Part shown: one piece after another, positions 19,833 to 29,729 of the stretch
Layout of the letters: each line of letters opens with the position of its first letter
Position numbering within the stretch: position 1 is the first letter of the stretch
Assembly: GCA_965208105.1 (NCBI GenBank)
Contig: OZ242318.1
Location: 3,776,001 to 3,840,000, forward strand
Source: Candidatus Latescibacterota bacterium
GTDB lineage: Bacteria > Latescibacterota > UBA2968 > UBA8231
Direction: 5' to 3'
DNA length: 64,000 nucleotides
Notes under the pieces: model-generated
Told to the model about the DNA's origin: nothing
Databases searched by the model: none
The model's input: only the letters and a program-made list of their open reading frames with translations
Program-made: the position numbers and the translations under genes

Positions 19833-21440
19833 TCACTCTCCATCTGCACCGCCATAGCGCACCGAGAGCTGTATGCAGTCCAGCGCCGCCGCCGTTTCGC
19901 CCCGACGCTGCAGCAGCACCTCGACCTCGTTTTCGCCTCTTCTGACCTGCTCGGGCTGCAGGGGGCATTCCAGCCAATAGCCGGCCGGCTCCGCCTGCAA
20001 TGGAGCGTCGGGCCTCAGGTCCTCCAGCACAGCATTGTTGAGTTTCACCTGTATCCCGTCGTTTTCCACGATGTCCCACAGATGCAGGCGAAAGCGGAGT
20101 TCGGCGGTGGTCCCCGGGCCCAGGTCTTCGCCAACCTGAAAGTGGGTCTGAAAGGGAGCGTCCGGCTGCAATGCGACCTCGCGTATCTGGTCGAAGCTCG
20201 AGTCGCCGCGGAAATTTTCGACGCCGAAGATCTTGTCCTTGTTGGCCATGGATTCAGGATCGCCGATCTCCCGCCACACCTCGGGGCTGGCGAAAAAGCC
20301 GTTGAAGGTGTAGATGCCGTCGGCTCCGGCGTTGAACAGATTGGTGGCGGCGGCGCGCCACGTCGCCATGGTCCCCTTCCACTCGTTGATCAATCCCGTG
20401 GCGGACACGCCCTGTTGGCGCACGGAGTCGAGCCAGGCATCGTAGGTCCGGTGCCGGCCCTGGGAGTAGCCCAGGTAGGCCCAGTGGTTCCAGAAACCCC
20501 AGTTGGTGGAGGGATATACCGGCACCCCGTGGCGGTGCCCCATCTCGATGATGGGCGCGAAGGACTCGGCCAGATTCGACTCGCTGCCGCCGCCGGCGAT
20601 GAGCAGATCGACCAGGTCTTCCTCCAGCCATTTCTCCAGGTCCACGCCGATGAAGCGGGCGTCGGCAACCTTGAACGGCGCCCGCACCGCAAGCAGCAGC
20701 GGCCGCCCTCGCTGCGCCCCCCTTTCGGCGGCCAGGCGGGCGACGCGGCGCACCAGGTCCGTCATCATGTCCAGGTGCCGGGGCTCCACCGGCAGGCTCT
20801 CCCGGGTCGGACGGAAAAAGGGGAAGTGGCGGAAGAAGTCCAGCTCCATGCCGTCGACGTCGTAGTTGCGCGCCACCTCCTCGATGATCGAGAAGATGTG
20901 CTCCCTTACCTCGGGGAAGCTGAAGTCGAGGCAGGTCCACTTGGTCTTTTCAGTGCCCTCGTACTTGTCCCAGTCGCCCGGTTCGCCCATGAGGAATTCG
21001 GGGTGGTCGCGCTTGAAGGGCGCCAGGCCATAGGTCCAGCGCCGCGTCCCCATGGGATGGGCGTCGTGGCAGTCGTTCATGCGCAGGGACCAGAACGCCT
21101 CCATGTTGTTGTCGTGGCTGAAGTCGGTCTGAATCTGCAGGCTGTCGCGCCCGTAGCGCTCCACCAGCTCCAGCGGGATGCCTTCGCCGTGGAATCCCCC
21201 CAGCCGGGTGCGGTGCGAGAAGCGCACCCCCGCCATGCAGCTGCAGTACCAGTTGCTATCCACCTGGGTCCCCACCAGCGGCCTGGTGCGGGCGTCGAGA
21301 AAGTCGTCCATCAGCTCCCGGTCGGTGCGCAGGGTCAGGTTGTCGCCGCTCTTCTTCTCGGTGGCGATTACGTCGTCGCCGTCGTTGTTGTAGATGATGC
21401 GCCGCCGGCGCCAGCGCGCAGCTCTGCGGGTCTCGTCCAT
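19833..21440 (-). CDS. Glycoside hydrolase-like TIM-barrel protein (GHL10-like)
   Basis: IIYNNDG, SLRMNDCH, LDFSFPEVR, YDVDGMELDF; start MDETRR after RBS. Confidence 0.6.
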   Translation of the reverse strand: MDETRRAARWRRRRIIYNNDGDDVIATEKKSGDNLTLRTDRELMDDFLDARTRPLVGTQVDSNWYCSCMAGVRFSHRTRLGGFHGEGIPLELVERYGRDSLQIQTDFSHDNNMEAFWSLRMNDCHDAHPMGTRRWTYGLAPFKRDHPEFLMGEPGDWDKYEGTEKTKWTCLDFSFPEVREHIFSIIEEVARNYDVDGMELDFFRHFPFFRPTRESLPVEPRHLDMMTDLVRRVARLAAERGAQRGRPLLLAVRAPFKVADARFIGVDLEKWLEEDLVDLLIAGGGSESNLAESFAPIIEMGHRHGVPVYPSTNWGFWNHWAYLGYSQGRHRTYDAWLDSVRQQGVSATGLINEWKGTMATWRAAATNLFNAGADGIYTFNGFFASPEVWREIGDPESMANKDKIFGVENFRGDSSFDQIREVALQPDAPFQTHFQVGEDLGPGTTAELRFRLHLWDIVENDGIQVKLNNAVLEDLRPDAPLQAEPAGYWLECPLQPEQVRRGENEVEVLLQRRGETAAALDCIQLSVRYGGADGE

Positions 21441-21514
21441 CTTTTCCTTCCTTCCCGGCGGATTTTTTGCGCTCCACCGCCGGACCCGGGGGTGGGAAAG
21501 TAGATCCCTATGCT

Positions 21515-21680
21515 TAGTGTCCCGTCGCAGAAATATGTCGCCATTTTTCCACCGATCCATCCCGGCTCACGGCGTTGCCTTTACTCGCCGTACACCACTG
21601 GTACGACTCGCTCAGGCGCCTTGTGAGCCGGGCGCCTCGGCGGCCCAATTGCGTCAACCTATCTCTGCGACGGGACACTA
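21515..21680. mobile_element. 166-bp MITE, copy 1
   Basis: TIR TAGTGTCCCGTCGCAGA...TCTGCGACGGGACACTA; three copies in the window. Confidence 0.85.
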
Positions 21681-22628
21681 GTCGGTCTCTTCTTCCACCT
21701 GGCGGATGAGTCTCCTGAGGTTGGCGCAGTTGATGCGCATGGCGTCCACGTTCGTGCCCCCGGGAGGGGTGAAGTGGGTCGCCAGGGAGAGAAATACGTC
21801 GCAGTCGTGGTCGCGCAGGTTGCGCAGCACGGTGAGGTAGTCGGTGTCGCCCTCGCCCAGGGGGCAGTATTCGAAATCCAGGCTGAGGCCGTCGTTGATG
21901 CGCAGGTCCTTGAGGTGCAGACCGTAGATATAGGGCCGCACGTTTTGGAAGCCGGCGGTGGCCACGTCCAACTCGCCGCAGTTGGTGTTGTCCGCCGGTC
22001 CCCACATCACCTTGATGCGGCGGGAGCCGACGCGCTCGGCCACGCGGCGAAAGTTGGCGGTGGTGTTGGTGTAGTTCCACGGCATCATGGACACCGCCAC
22101 GTCCACCCCATGGCGCTCGGCCTCCTCGGCCACCAGGGAGAAGGCCTTGGTCAGCTTGTCCATGTCGGTGTCGGTGATGACCCCGCCGCGGGTGAGCCAG
22201 CGCATGGGCCAGGTGGGCTTGTCGGGTATCTCCCCGGGCCACAGGAAGGAGAACACGTTGACGGCGCCGACGCCGAGATAGGCGGCGACCTCCATGGTGC
22301 GCACCAGCTCGTCGAAGTCGCGGCGGAAGGTGGGGTGCTCCTCCAGGGTGTCCAGCGTGACCTCGGTCAGGTGGATTCCCTTGAAGTGGGGACGGTTCAG
22401 GAGCAGGAAGAACTCCTGGCCGCGCGCCGCCAGGCTGGCCTGCATGGCGTCGATCTCGGCGGCGCTCATCTCCACCAGGGCCTTGTCCTTCTTCAGGCCG
22501 CTGACTTCGCCGTTGCACATGTACCACAGGTACTTGACTTCGAGCTCGGCGGCCAGGTCAAGGGCTTCCTCGAAGGGCAGTTGGGGCTCGGTGAGAAACA
22601 TGCCGAGTTTGAATTTGTGTTTGCTCAT
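21678..22628 (-). CDS. Sugar phosphate isomerase/epimerase (xylose isomerase-like TIM barrel)
   Basis: LHLKD, PLGEGDTDY motifs. Confidence 0.75.
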   Translation of the reverse strand: MSKHKFKLGMFLTEPQLPFEEALDLAAELEVKYLWYMCNGEVSGLKKDKALVEMSAAEIDAMQASLAARGQEFFLLLNRPHFKGIHLTEVTLDTLEEHPTFRRDFDELVRTMEVAAYLGVGAVNVFSFLWPGEIPDKPTWPMRWLTRGGVITDTDMDKLTKAFSLVAEEAERHGVDVAVSMMPWNYTNTTANFRRVAERVGSRRIKVMWGPADNTNCGELDVATAGFQNVRPYIYGLHLKDLRINDGLSLDFEYCPLGEGDTDYLTVLRNLRDHDCDVFLSLATHFTPPGGTNVDAMRINCANLRRLIRQVEEETD

Positions 22629-22680
22629 GACAGGCTTTCCATGGTGAGGTGGATGGATGGATGACAGGGTTGGCGCAGGC

Positions 22681-24774
22681 TTATCTGCTTTCCTCCGGGC
22701 GGGGACCCACGTCGCCGAGATCGATGGGCTTGAAGCCGAGGGCCCAGGCCGGTGAATCGCTTTCCAGGGTGAAGTCGAAGGCGGACAGGTCGCGGCATTT
22801 GGGATCGGCGATGACCGAGTGGATATCGTAGCCCATGGCCTGCCAGCCTTCCATGTCGTACTCGGTCTGGGGCAGCCCGTGCGGAGCGCTGCCGCATAGC
22901 AGGGGCGTTCCCCCCGATACGTCCCAGAAGAGATTCAGGTCGGTGCTGATGGCCTTGTGCTCCACGTGCCAGCGCCGGCCGCCGGTGTAGAATGGCCTGC
23001 CGTCGGTGATCACCAGGTTGCGCTCGAAGGTGAAGGCGTTGTGGTCCTCGCCGCGGCCGAGGCGGGCCTGGGCCTCGCGGCCGAAGGCGAAGATGTTGTT
23101 GCGCACGATGTTCTCCCGGCCGTAGTGCTGCACGAAGGCCTGGCTGCTGCAGTTGTAGCTGATGTTGTTTTCCACGATGATGTGCGAGGTCCCCTCGTCG
23201 AGGTAGATGCCCCAGCCGCCGTAGACAGATTTCTCCACGTCGTGCACCAGGTTGCCCCTCACCACGGTTCCCGGCTGCACCCCCAGGATGTAGATGCCGC
23301 CCATGTCGCTGAGGACGCCGTGGCCTATGTCGTGGATGTGGTTCTTCTCGATGAGGTTGTCCTTGGCGACGTGCACCCCGTAGCCCCAGCTCCAGCCGCA
23401 GTTGATGCCGCTGTAGAAGAAATCGTGGATGTGGTTGTGTGCGATGACGGTGCCGAAGCAGTCCATGCAGTGCACCCCCAGGGCGGCGTGGAAGACGTGG
23501 CCGCCGTCGCCGATGTGGTTGTCGGTGATGCGGTTGCCGCCGCTGCGCCGCGGCGGCGGCACGTCGGAGTTGGGATATCCGCGGGACTCGGCCTTGATGC
23601 CGCCCGCTCCCAGGTCCACGATGGTGTTGCCCACCAGGTGGTTGCCGCAGCTGCCGGCGGTGAGCTCGATGCCGTACCAGCCGATGTTCCGGATCCTGCA
23701 GTTTTCGACCCTGCAGTAGCGCGCCCCGGAAAAGGAGATCGCTCCGGGCACGTGGCAGGCTCCCTGGGGGGCGCTGCCGTAGTCCAGCTCGGGCCGGTAG
23801 TGGGGCACCCAGCGCTCGCCTCCCCCCGGAGGAAGGGTGCATTCGGTGTGTTCGAAGCCGAGCCCTGCGAAGTGGAGATGCTCGACGTACTGCTCGTCGT
23901 CGGGGTCGCCCTCGAGGCGGAGCAGCTGCTCGATCACCGGGGCGAAGAACTCGGATTCCTCCAGGGTTTCGCCGGGCAGAGGGATGTAGCAGAGCTCGCC
24001 GGTCGGGCGGTCCAGGTACCATTCCCCCTCCTCGCTCAGGGCGTCCTTGACGTTGTCCACGTAGTACTTGGGGGCCTCGCTGTCGGCGGCGTCGCCCGGG
24101 TCAAGGGGAAAGATGCAGTAGCGCGAGGACTGCACCAGGCCGGTCCGCGGATCGAAGGAGGTGACCGGCAGGCGCTCTTCCACCCAGCGGTGCATGGCCA
24201 CGACCTCCACGTCGCCCATGTTCTCCCATTCCTCTATGTCCCCTTCGTGGCAGATGAAGTTCCCCTCCCCGCCCCAGTACTCGGGCGCGAAGGAGTGGGT
24301 CGGAGGCACGCCCTTCACCCGGTAGCGTCCCTCCTTGGGCAGGCGCGGGCGCCGCCGCCTCTCGCCGTTGACGAAAAGCTGGCGGAAGTACCAGCGCCCC
24401 GCCGCCACGTCGGCGATCTCGGTTACCCACACCGTCCTGCCCCGGCGCTCCTCGGCGCGCCAGCCTTCTATCGCCGCGCCGCCGTCGAGAATGGGCTGCT
24501 CGCCCGGATAGGCGGCGTAGGTGGTGGGCCAGGAGTCCGCCGGCGTAAAGGTGATGGTCTTTCGCACCAGGTAGCGGCCGCCGCGCACCAGGACGGTGGC
24601 GTTGCCCGAAAGTTCGCCGGCCTCCTTGCGCTCGCGCAGGACCTGCTGCGCCGCTTCGATGGTCGCCAGTGGTCCGTCGCTGCCCTCGGGGTTGGGCTCG
24701 GGCAGGGTTCCGCTCCAGGTGTTGTCGCCCCTGGTCGAAACGTAGAGGTCGGCGGCAGTCTCGTGGTTCATCAT
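22681..24774 (-). CDS. Right-handed parallel beta-helix protein (GH141/lyase-like)
   Basis: DGPLATIEAA, GEWYLD, NHIHD repeats, DMGGIY, GIYLDEG. Confidence 0.85.
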   Translation of the reverse strand: MMNHETAADLYVSTRGDNTWSGTLPEPNPEGSDGPLATIEAAQQVLRERKEAGELSGNATVLVRGGRYLVRKTITFTPADSWPTTYAAYPGEQPILDGGAAIEGWRAEERRGRTVWVTEIADVAAGRWYFRQLFVNGERRRRPRLPKEGRYRVKGVPPTHSFAPEYWGGEGNFICHEGDIEEWENMGDVEVVAMHRWVEERLPVTSFDPRTGLVQSSRYCIFPLDPGDAADSEAPKYYVDNVKDALSEEGEWYLDRPTGELCYIPLPGETLEESEFFAPVIEQLLRLEGDPDDEQYVEHLHFAGLGFEHTECTLPPGGGERWVPHYRPELDYGSAPQGACHVPGAISFSGARYCRVENCRIRNIGWYGIELTAGSCGNHLVGNTIVDLGAGGIKAESRGYPNSDVPPPRRSGGNRITDNHIGDGGHVFHAALGVHCMDCFGTVIAHNHIHDFFYSGINCGWSWGYGVHVAKDNLIEKNHIHDIGHGVLSDMGGIYILGVQPGTVVRGNLVHDVEKSVYGGWGIYLDEGTSHIIVENNISYNCSSQAFVQHYGRENIVRNNIFAFGREAQARLGRGEDHNAFTFERNLVITDGRPFYTGGRRWHVEHKAISTDLNLFWDVSGGTPLLCGSAPHGLPQTEYDMEGWQAMGYDIHSVIADPKCRDLSAFDFTLESDSPAWALGFKPIDLGDVGPRPEESR

Positions 24775-24808
24775 CGGGTTCCTTCCTCGGCAATCGGGAA
24801 ATTCGGCC

Positions 24809-25765
24809 TCAGTCTTCGCGCAGGCCGGCGCGAATGGCCTCGACCAGCTCGACGCTCTTGGCCCCTTCCTCCAGGTTTGCCGCCGGCAGCTCCACCGGGC
24901 GGTCCTCGACCAGGCAATCGACGAAGTAGCGCAGCTCCTCCTCGGTGCCGCCGGTCTCCGATGGAGGCAGCTCGCTGGTCTTGCCGTCGCGGTAGATCAA
25001 TCCGGTCTTCACCCCCTCGAGGAAGACCGAGATGTCGCGCCCGTGGATCTCGTAGCGCTCCAGGCGGTAGCCGGTGGTGTAGTTGAAGGCGAAGTTGGCG
25101 ACGCAGTTGTTCTCGAAGACGACGAGGGCGGCGTGGAGGTCCCTGTACTCCGAGAATGCCCGGCGGCCGAAGCTGTGCAGCTCCTTGACTTCGGCACCGG
25201 CCAGGGCGCGAACGATGTCCACGGCGTGGATATCGTTGGCCATCATCCAGTTGTCCATGACCTCGGGGACGTAGCGCACGCGGGATTTTCCCAGCATGGT
25301 CATGCTCTTGTGAAACTCCCCCACCAGTTGCACGATGGGACCGCGCTCCTCGACCATCTCCCGCGCCCTGGTGATCATGGGGTGGAAGCGCCGGTTGAGA
25401 CCCACCATGCCCTTGGCGCCTGTCTTCTGCGCCGCGGCGCACAGGGCCCTGGCTTCGTCCGGTTTCATGCCCGGCGGCTTCTCCAGGAAGGTGTGGACCC
25501 CATGCTCGAGGCAAACCTGGGAAACCGGCGCGTTGAGCTGCGGCGGGGTGGCGACGAATACCGCGTCGAGCTCTTCGCCGTCGAGCAGTTCCTCCACCCG
25601 GGAATAGCGCCGGGAGATGTTGTAGCGGTCGCCCGCTTCGTCGCGGGCGGCGGCCGCCGGGTCGCATACGGCGACCAGCTCCACCTCCTCGAATTCGTTC
25701 AGGATGCTCATGTGCTGCAGGCCCTTGGGGCCCGTGCCGACCTCGGCTGCGCGCAGTCGCGACAT
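24809..25765 (-). CDS. Gfo/Idh/MocA oxidoreductase
   Basis: EKPP, NRRFHP, IHAVD. Confidence 0.9.
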   Translation of the reverse strand: MSRLRAAEVGTGPKGLQHMSILNEFEEVELVAVCDPAAAARDEAGDRYNISRRYSRVEELLDGEELDAVFVATPPQLNAPVSQVCLEHGVHTFLEKPPGMKPDEARALCAAAQKTGAKGMVGLNRRFHPMITRAREMVEERGPIVQLVGEFHKSMTMLGKSRVRYVPEVMDNWMMANDIHAVDIVRALAGAEVKELHSFGRRAFSEYRDLHAALVVFENNCVANFAFNYTTGYRLERYEIHGRDISVFLEGVKTGLIYRDGKTSELPPSETGGTEEELRYFVDCLVEDRPVELPAANLEEGAKSVELVEAIRAGLRED

Positions 25766-25831
25766 CTCAGTATTCCTTTCTACGGGTGAAAATTCGCCGG
25801 GAAATTACAGGGAAAATCCACGGATGCATGC

Positions 25832-26779
25832 CTACTCCCGCAGGCCCTGGAGAATCGCCTCGGCCAGCTCCATGGTCTTGATGGCCTCGTCCAGGTTGCA
25901 GGCGGGCAGCTCTATGGGGCGGTCCTCCCTGACGCAATCGAGAAAGTAGCGCTCCTCCTCCTGGGCTCCGTCGCCGGTGTTTTCCAGCTCGTGGCGCCTG
26001 CCGTCGCAGTACACCTCCCCGCGGTTCACGCCTTCGAGGTAGGCGGAGACGTCGCGGCCGTGGATTTCGTAGCGCTCGAGCCGGCCGCCGCTGGTCCAGT
26101 TGAAGACGAGATGGGCGAGACAGCCGTTGTCGAAGAGGACGAGGGCGCCGAAGACGTCCTTGTACTTGTGCAGGGCCCGGCGCACCACGCTGTGGACCTC
26201 GGCCACCTCCGCGCCCGCCATGGCGCGCACGATGTCCACCGAGTGGTTGATGGACTCCCACATCATGTGGTCGAGGAAGTCCTCGCCGTAGAGACCGGCC
26301 TCCTCGAACCGGGTCAGACTCTTGTGGAACTCGCCGACGAGCTGCACCACCGGTCCGCGCTCCCCGACCATCTCCCGGGCGCGCAGGATCATGGGATTGA
26401 GGCGGCGGTTCCACCCCACCATCCCGCGGGCGCCGGAGGCCGCGGCCGCGTCGCGCAGGGCGGTGGTCTCCGCCACGCTCATCCCCGGCGGTTTTTCCAC
26501 GAAGGTGTCCATGCCGCTCCGCAAACAGGGCAGGGCGACCGGTGCGTTGAGATAGGGTGGAGTGGTGACGAAGACGGCATCCAGGCCGCCGGCGTCCAGC
26601 AGCTCCTCCACCTCGGCGAAAAGGCGCTTCGCCCCGAACTGTGCGGCCGCCGCGCTGCGAGCCTCATCCACCGGGTCGCACACCGCGTTAATTTCCACGT
26701 CGTCGAAGCCCTGCAGGTCGCCCATGAGGCCGCGGCCCCGGCCCCCGGCCCCTACTACCCCTACTTGCAGACGGGACAT
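25832..26779 (-). CDS. Gfo/Idh/MocA oxidoreductase (tandem paralog of 24809-25765)
   Basis: VVGAGGRG, EKPP, shared GPxVQLVGEFHKS and RLERYEIHGRD. Confidence 0.9.
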   Translation of the reverse strand: MSRLQVGVVGAGGRGRGLMGDLQGFDDVEINAVCDPVDEARSAAAAQFGAKRLFAEVEELLDAGGLDAVFVTTPPYLNAPVALPCLRSGMDTFVEKPPGMSVAETTALRDAAAASGARGMVGWNRRLNPMILRAREMVGERGPVVQLVGEFHKSLTRFEEAGLYGEDFLDHMMWESINHSVDIVRAMAGAEVAEVHSVVRRALHKYKDVFGALVLFDNGCLAHLVFNWTSGGRLERYEIHGRDVSAYLEGVNRGEVYCDGRRHELENTGDGAQEEERYFLDCVREDRPIELPACNLDEAIKTMELAEAILQGLRE

Positions 26780-26844
26780 TTCTTCCTCTCCATTTCTCGT
26801 TCCTTTCCGCTGGATGGACCTGATGCGCTCCAGGTCGAGGGTGC

Positions 26845-26873
26845 TTGACAGACAGTTGGGCGCAGTGTAAATC
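26845..26873 (+). promoter_or_regulatory. Putative sigma70 promoter
   Basis: TTGACA-17bp-TAAATC in a divergent intergenic region. Confidence 0.4.
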
Positions 26874-27047
26874 TTCTGGGTTTGTGAAGCTCCGCACAAT
26901 ATAAGGAAACTATTTCCAAAGGCGAAATATCCCGGGTATCGGCGCCGGGCCGGGTTCCCTCCACTCGTCCCCGGGCTGGACTTCGGCACCTGGTCCTGCC
27001 GGGAAGCCTCCATCGGAATCCCCTCTCCATACCCCAGGAGAAAAGCG

Positions 27048-28592
27048 ATGATCTCACCGATGCGCAACAGACGCCCGCCCTACGAGCTGCCCTCGAACAT
27101 CATCTACTTCTTCGATTGGCGCTACGTGCACCACGGCAGCCACTCCGGCTGGCTGACCGCCTCGGGGGAGCGCAAGCGCCTGTGGACCACGGACCCGGTG
27201 GAGCCGACCCTGCACCTTCCCGGCTATATGCCGACCGGCATCCGCCTGCGGGCGAAACCGGCGCGCAAGACCGAGGCCTTCCTGGTGCCCGAAGGAGACG
27301 AGGATTTCATCTGGTCAGGGGGGGTGGTGATCCACGAGGAGGGACGTTACCGCATGTGGTACGAGACGGCGGGCAAGGAGCACGTGAATCATCCCACCTA
27401 CCGCATGGGGGCTTTCGACTACCTGCGCTACGCCGAGTCCGACGACGGGGAAACCTGGCGCCGCCCATCCCTGGGGTTGCTGGAACGCAACGGCAGCAGG
27501 GACAACAACATCGTCTACGGCGTGCCCCTCATCGACCCCACCGGCCTGCACGGCGCCACCGTGTTCAACGACCCCTCCGCGCCGCCCGAAGAGCGTTACA
27601 AGATGTTCCACACCGGACAGATGGGCGGCGAGATGAAGGAGCGCTATCTGCGCGACCGCCCCGGCGAGCTCTGCGCCCAGTCGGTAATGGGCGACCGGCT
27701 GGAGGGATTCTTCGGCGCCGTTTCGCCGGACGGGCTGCACTGGACGCCGCTGCAGGACGCCCTGGTCTCCCAGGTCAGCGACACCCACAACGTCTGCGAG
27801 TACGATCCGGTCCTGGGGCAGTACGTGGCCTACTGCCGCAGCCACTACTTCAACAGGCGCAGCATCGGCCGCCTCGCCAGTCCCGATTTCACGCGCATGC
27901 CCCTGTCCGAGGAGGTGTTCTGGCCCAACGGCACCAACGAGCCCTACGACCTCTGGTACGGCAACGCCAAGACCACCATGCCCGGGACCATCGACTACCA
28001 CCTCATGTTTCCCCTGCGCTGGCGCCTGGTCGACGATACCTTCGCCTTTCTCCTGGCCGCGAGCCCCGACAATGTGGTATGGAGCCCGGTGCCCGGCGGA
28101 CCTGTCTGTCGACCGGGAGAGCCCGGGGAGCCGGACGCCGGCACGGTGGCCGCAGGGGTGGGCCTGGTGAATCTGCCCGGCGACCGCATGGGGGTCACGG
28201 TGGGGTGCAGCGCCCACGGCCACAAGCAGCAGCTGCGCCGGCGGCCGGACGCGAGCATCAAGTGGGCAACCTGGCCCAAAGGCCGCCTGGCCGCGCTGGA
28301 GGCTCCGGAGGAGGGCAACTTCCGCACCTTCCAGTTGACCATTCCCCAGCGCCGGGTCCACCTCAACTTCAAGACCGCCGCGGGGGGACAGGTGCAGGTG
28401 CAGGTGGCCGACTCCCGCTACAAGCCCTTGCCTGGCCGCGGATTCGACGACTGCGACTGGCTGATGGGAGACCAGTTGGACCGGGAGGTGAGCTGGAACG
28501 GCGAGGCGGACCTGGGCCACGAGGGCGATGGGCCCATATCTCTGGGGTTTCGCCTGCGTTGCGCCGAGCTCTACAGCGTCGAGTTCAAGTGA
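27048..28592 (+). CDS. Hypothetical beta-propeller protein (GH32/43/130-like fold)
   Basis: YAESDDGETW, AVSPDGLHW Asp-box motifs. Confidence 0.65.
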   Translation: MISPMRNRRPPYELPSNIIYFFDWRYVHHGSHSGWLTASGERKRLWTTDPVEPTLHLPGYMPTGIRLRAKPARKTEAFLVPEGDEDFIWSGGVVIHEEGRYRMWYETAGKEHVNHPTYRMGAFDYLRYAESDDGETWRRPSLGLLERNGSRDNNIVYGVPLIDPTGLHGATVFNDPSAPPEERYKMFHTGQMGGEMKERYLRDRPGELCAQSVMGDRLEGFFGAVSPDGLHWTPLQDALVSQVSDTHNVCEYDPVLGQYVAYCRSHYFNRRSIGRLASPDFTRMPLSEEVFWPNGTNEPYDLWYGNAKTTMPGTIDYHLMFPLRWRLVDDTFAFLLAASPDNVVWSPVPGGPVCRPGEPGEPDAGTVAAGVGLVNLPGDRMGVTVGCSAHGHKQQLRRRPDASIKWATWPKGRLAALEAPEEGNFRTFQLTIPQRRVHLNFKTAAGGQVQVQVADSRYKPLPGRGFDDCDWLMGDQLDREVSWNGEADLGHEGDGPISLGFRLRCAELYSVEFK

Positions 28593-28671
28593 ACGGGCCC
28601 TGAATTTCCAGGCGATGGAAGACAACGGAATCCGCCGCTGAAACCCGCGGCGCAAGAAAGGAGACAGGCTC

Positions 28672-29679
28672 ATGACGGAAAAAGTTCGAGTGGCGTTCAT
28701 CGGGGCGGGCGTGCTGGCCAACAGCATCCACTACCCTTGTCTGGCCAGCTTGCCCGACGTGGATATCGTGGCCGCCTGCGACCTGGTGGAGGACAAAGCC
28801 CGGGAGACGGCCGAGCGCTTCGGCATTCCCCGCACCTTCACCAACCACGAGGAAATGCTGGAAGAGGTCGATCCGCAGGTGGTCTACGTCATCATGCCGC
28901 CGCAGAACCTCTTCGAACCGGCCGCCGCGGTGCTCTGCCAGGGCCGCCACCTCTTCGTGGAGAAGCCCCTGGGGATGACGGTGAAGCAGGCTCGCATGCT
29001 GGCCTACCTGGCGCAGGAGAACTCCTGCCTCACGGCGGTGGGCTTTCAGCGCCGCCACATTCCGGCGCTGACGGCTCTGAAGCGGCGGGCTGAAGAGCAG
29101 GGACCCATCCACCAGGCCACCGTGAGCTTCCTCAAGGGCGGTGCCAACCGGCCCCTGGACCAACCCGCGGCGGTCTACGGGGGAGCCATCGACAGCCTCA
29201 CGGTGGACGGCATCCACGCCGTCGACAACCTGCGCTTCCTGTGCGGCGGCGAGGTGGAGGACGTCGCGGCCCAGGTGCGCACGCGCTACATGCCCGGACC
29301 CTTTCCCAACGAGTACACCGCCCTGGTGTCTTTCAGCACGGGCGCGGTGGGCATCCTCAACTTCAGCTACGTGAGCTGCATCGGCGTCTTTCGAGCCGAG
29401 TTCCACGGCAGGAACGTGGCCGCCTACGTCGACGCCGCGACCCAGTCCTACATCAGGTTCGGCGACGGCGAGCGCGAGGTTTACGACTCGAAGGAATTCG
29501 GGACGGCGGAGGGGGTGACCGACGGCGATGACGATACGGTGAACTGGATGGGATTCTGGCACGAGGACCGCCATTTCATCGACTGTGTGAAGGAAGGCCG
29601 GCAACCGCTGACCCACTTCGCCGACGCGGTCAAGAGCATGGAGCTGGTGGATGAGATCTACCGCGCCGGAGGCGGTTGA
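28672..29679 (+). CDS. Gfo/Idh/MocA oxidoreductase
   Basis: FIGAG, EKP, GFQRRH, IHAVD. Confidence 0.9.
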   Translation: MTEKVRVAFIGAGVLANSIHYPCLASLPDVDIVAACDLVEDKARETAERFGIPRTFTNHEEMLEEVDPQVVYVIMPPQNLFEPAAAVLCQGRHLFVEKPLGMTVKQARMLAYLAQENSCLTAVGFQRRHIPALTALKRRAEEQGPIHQATVSFLKGGANRPLDQPAAVYGGAIDSLTVDGIHAVDNLRFLCGGEVEDVAAQVRTRYMPGPFPNEYTALVSFSTGAVGILNFSYVSCIGVFRAEFHGRNVAAYVDAATQSYIRFGDGEREVYDSKEFGTAEGVTDGDDDTVNWMGFWHEDRHFIDCVKEGRQPLTHFADAVKSMELVDEIYRAGGG

Positions 29680-29729
29680 TCCCCGACCCGCCTCCCCGCC
29701 TGAAGCAGAGCAACTTTATCAACGGGCTG

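Noticed and set aside
21441-21560. Shared N-termini MDRWKNGDIFLRRDTK (also near 44726 and 49878) as a conserved leader or signal
   Set aside because: They are translations of the MITE; better starts lie downstream
22957-25086. Long antisense or overlapping ORFs (also 40793-42970, 55218-59687, 49983-51791)
   Set aside because: Shadow frames of high-GC genes with no recognisable motifs
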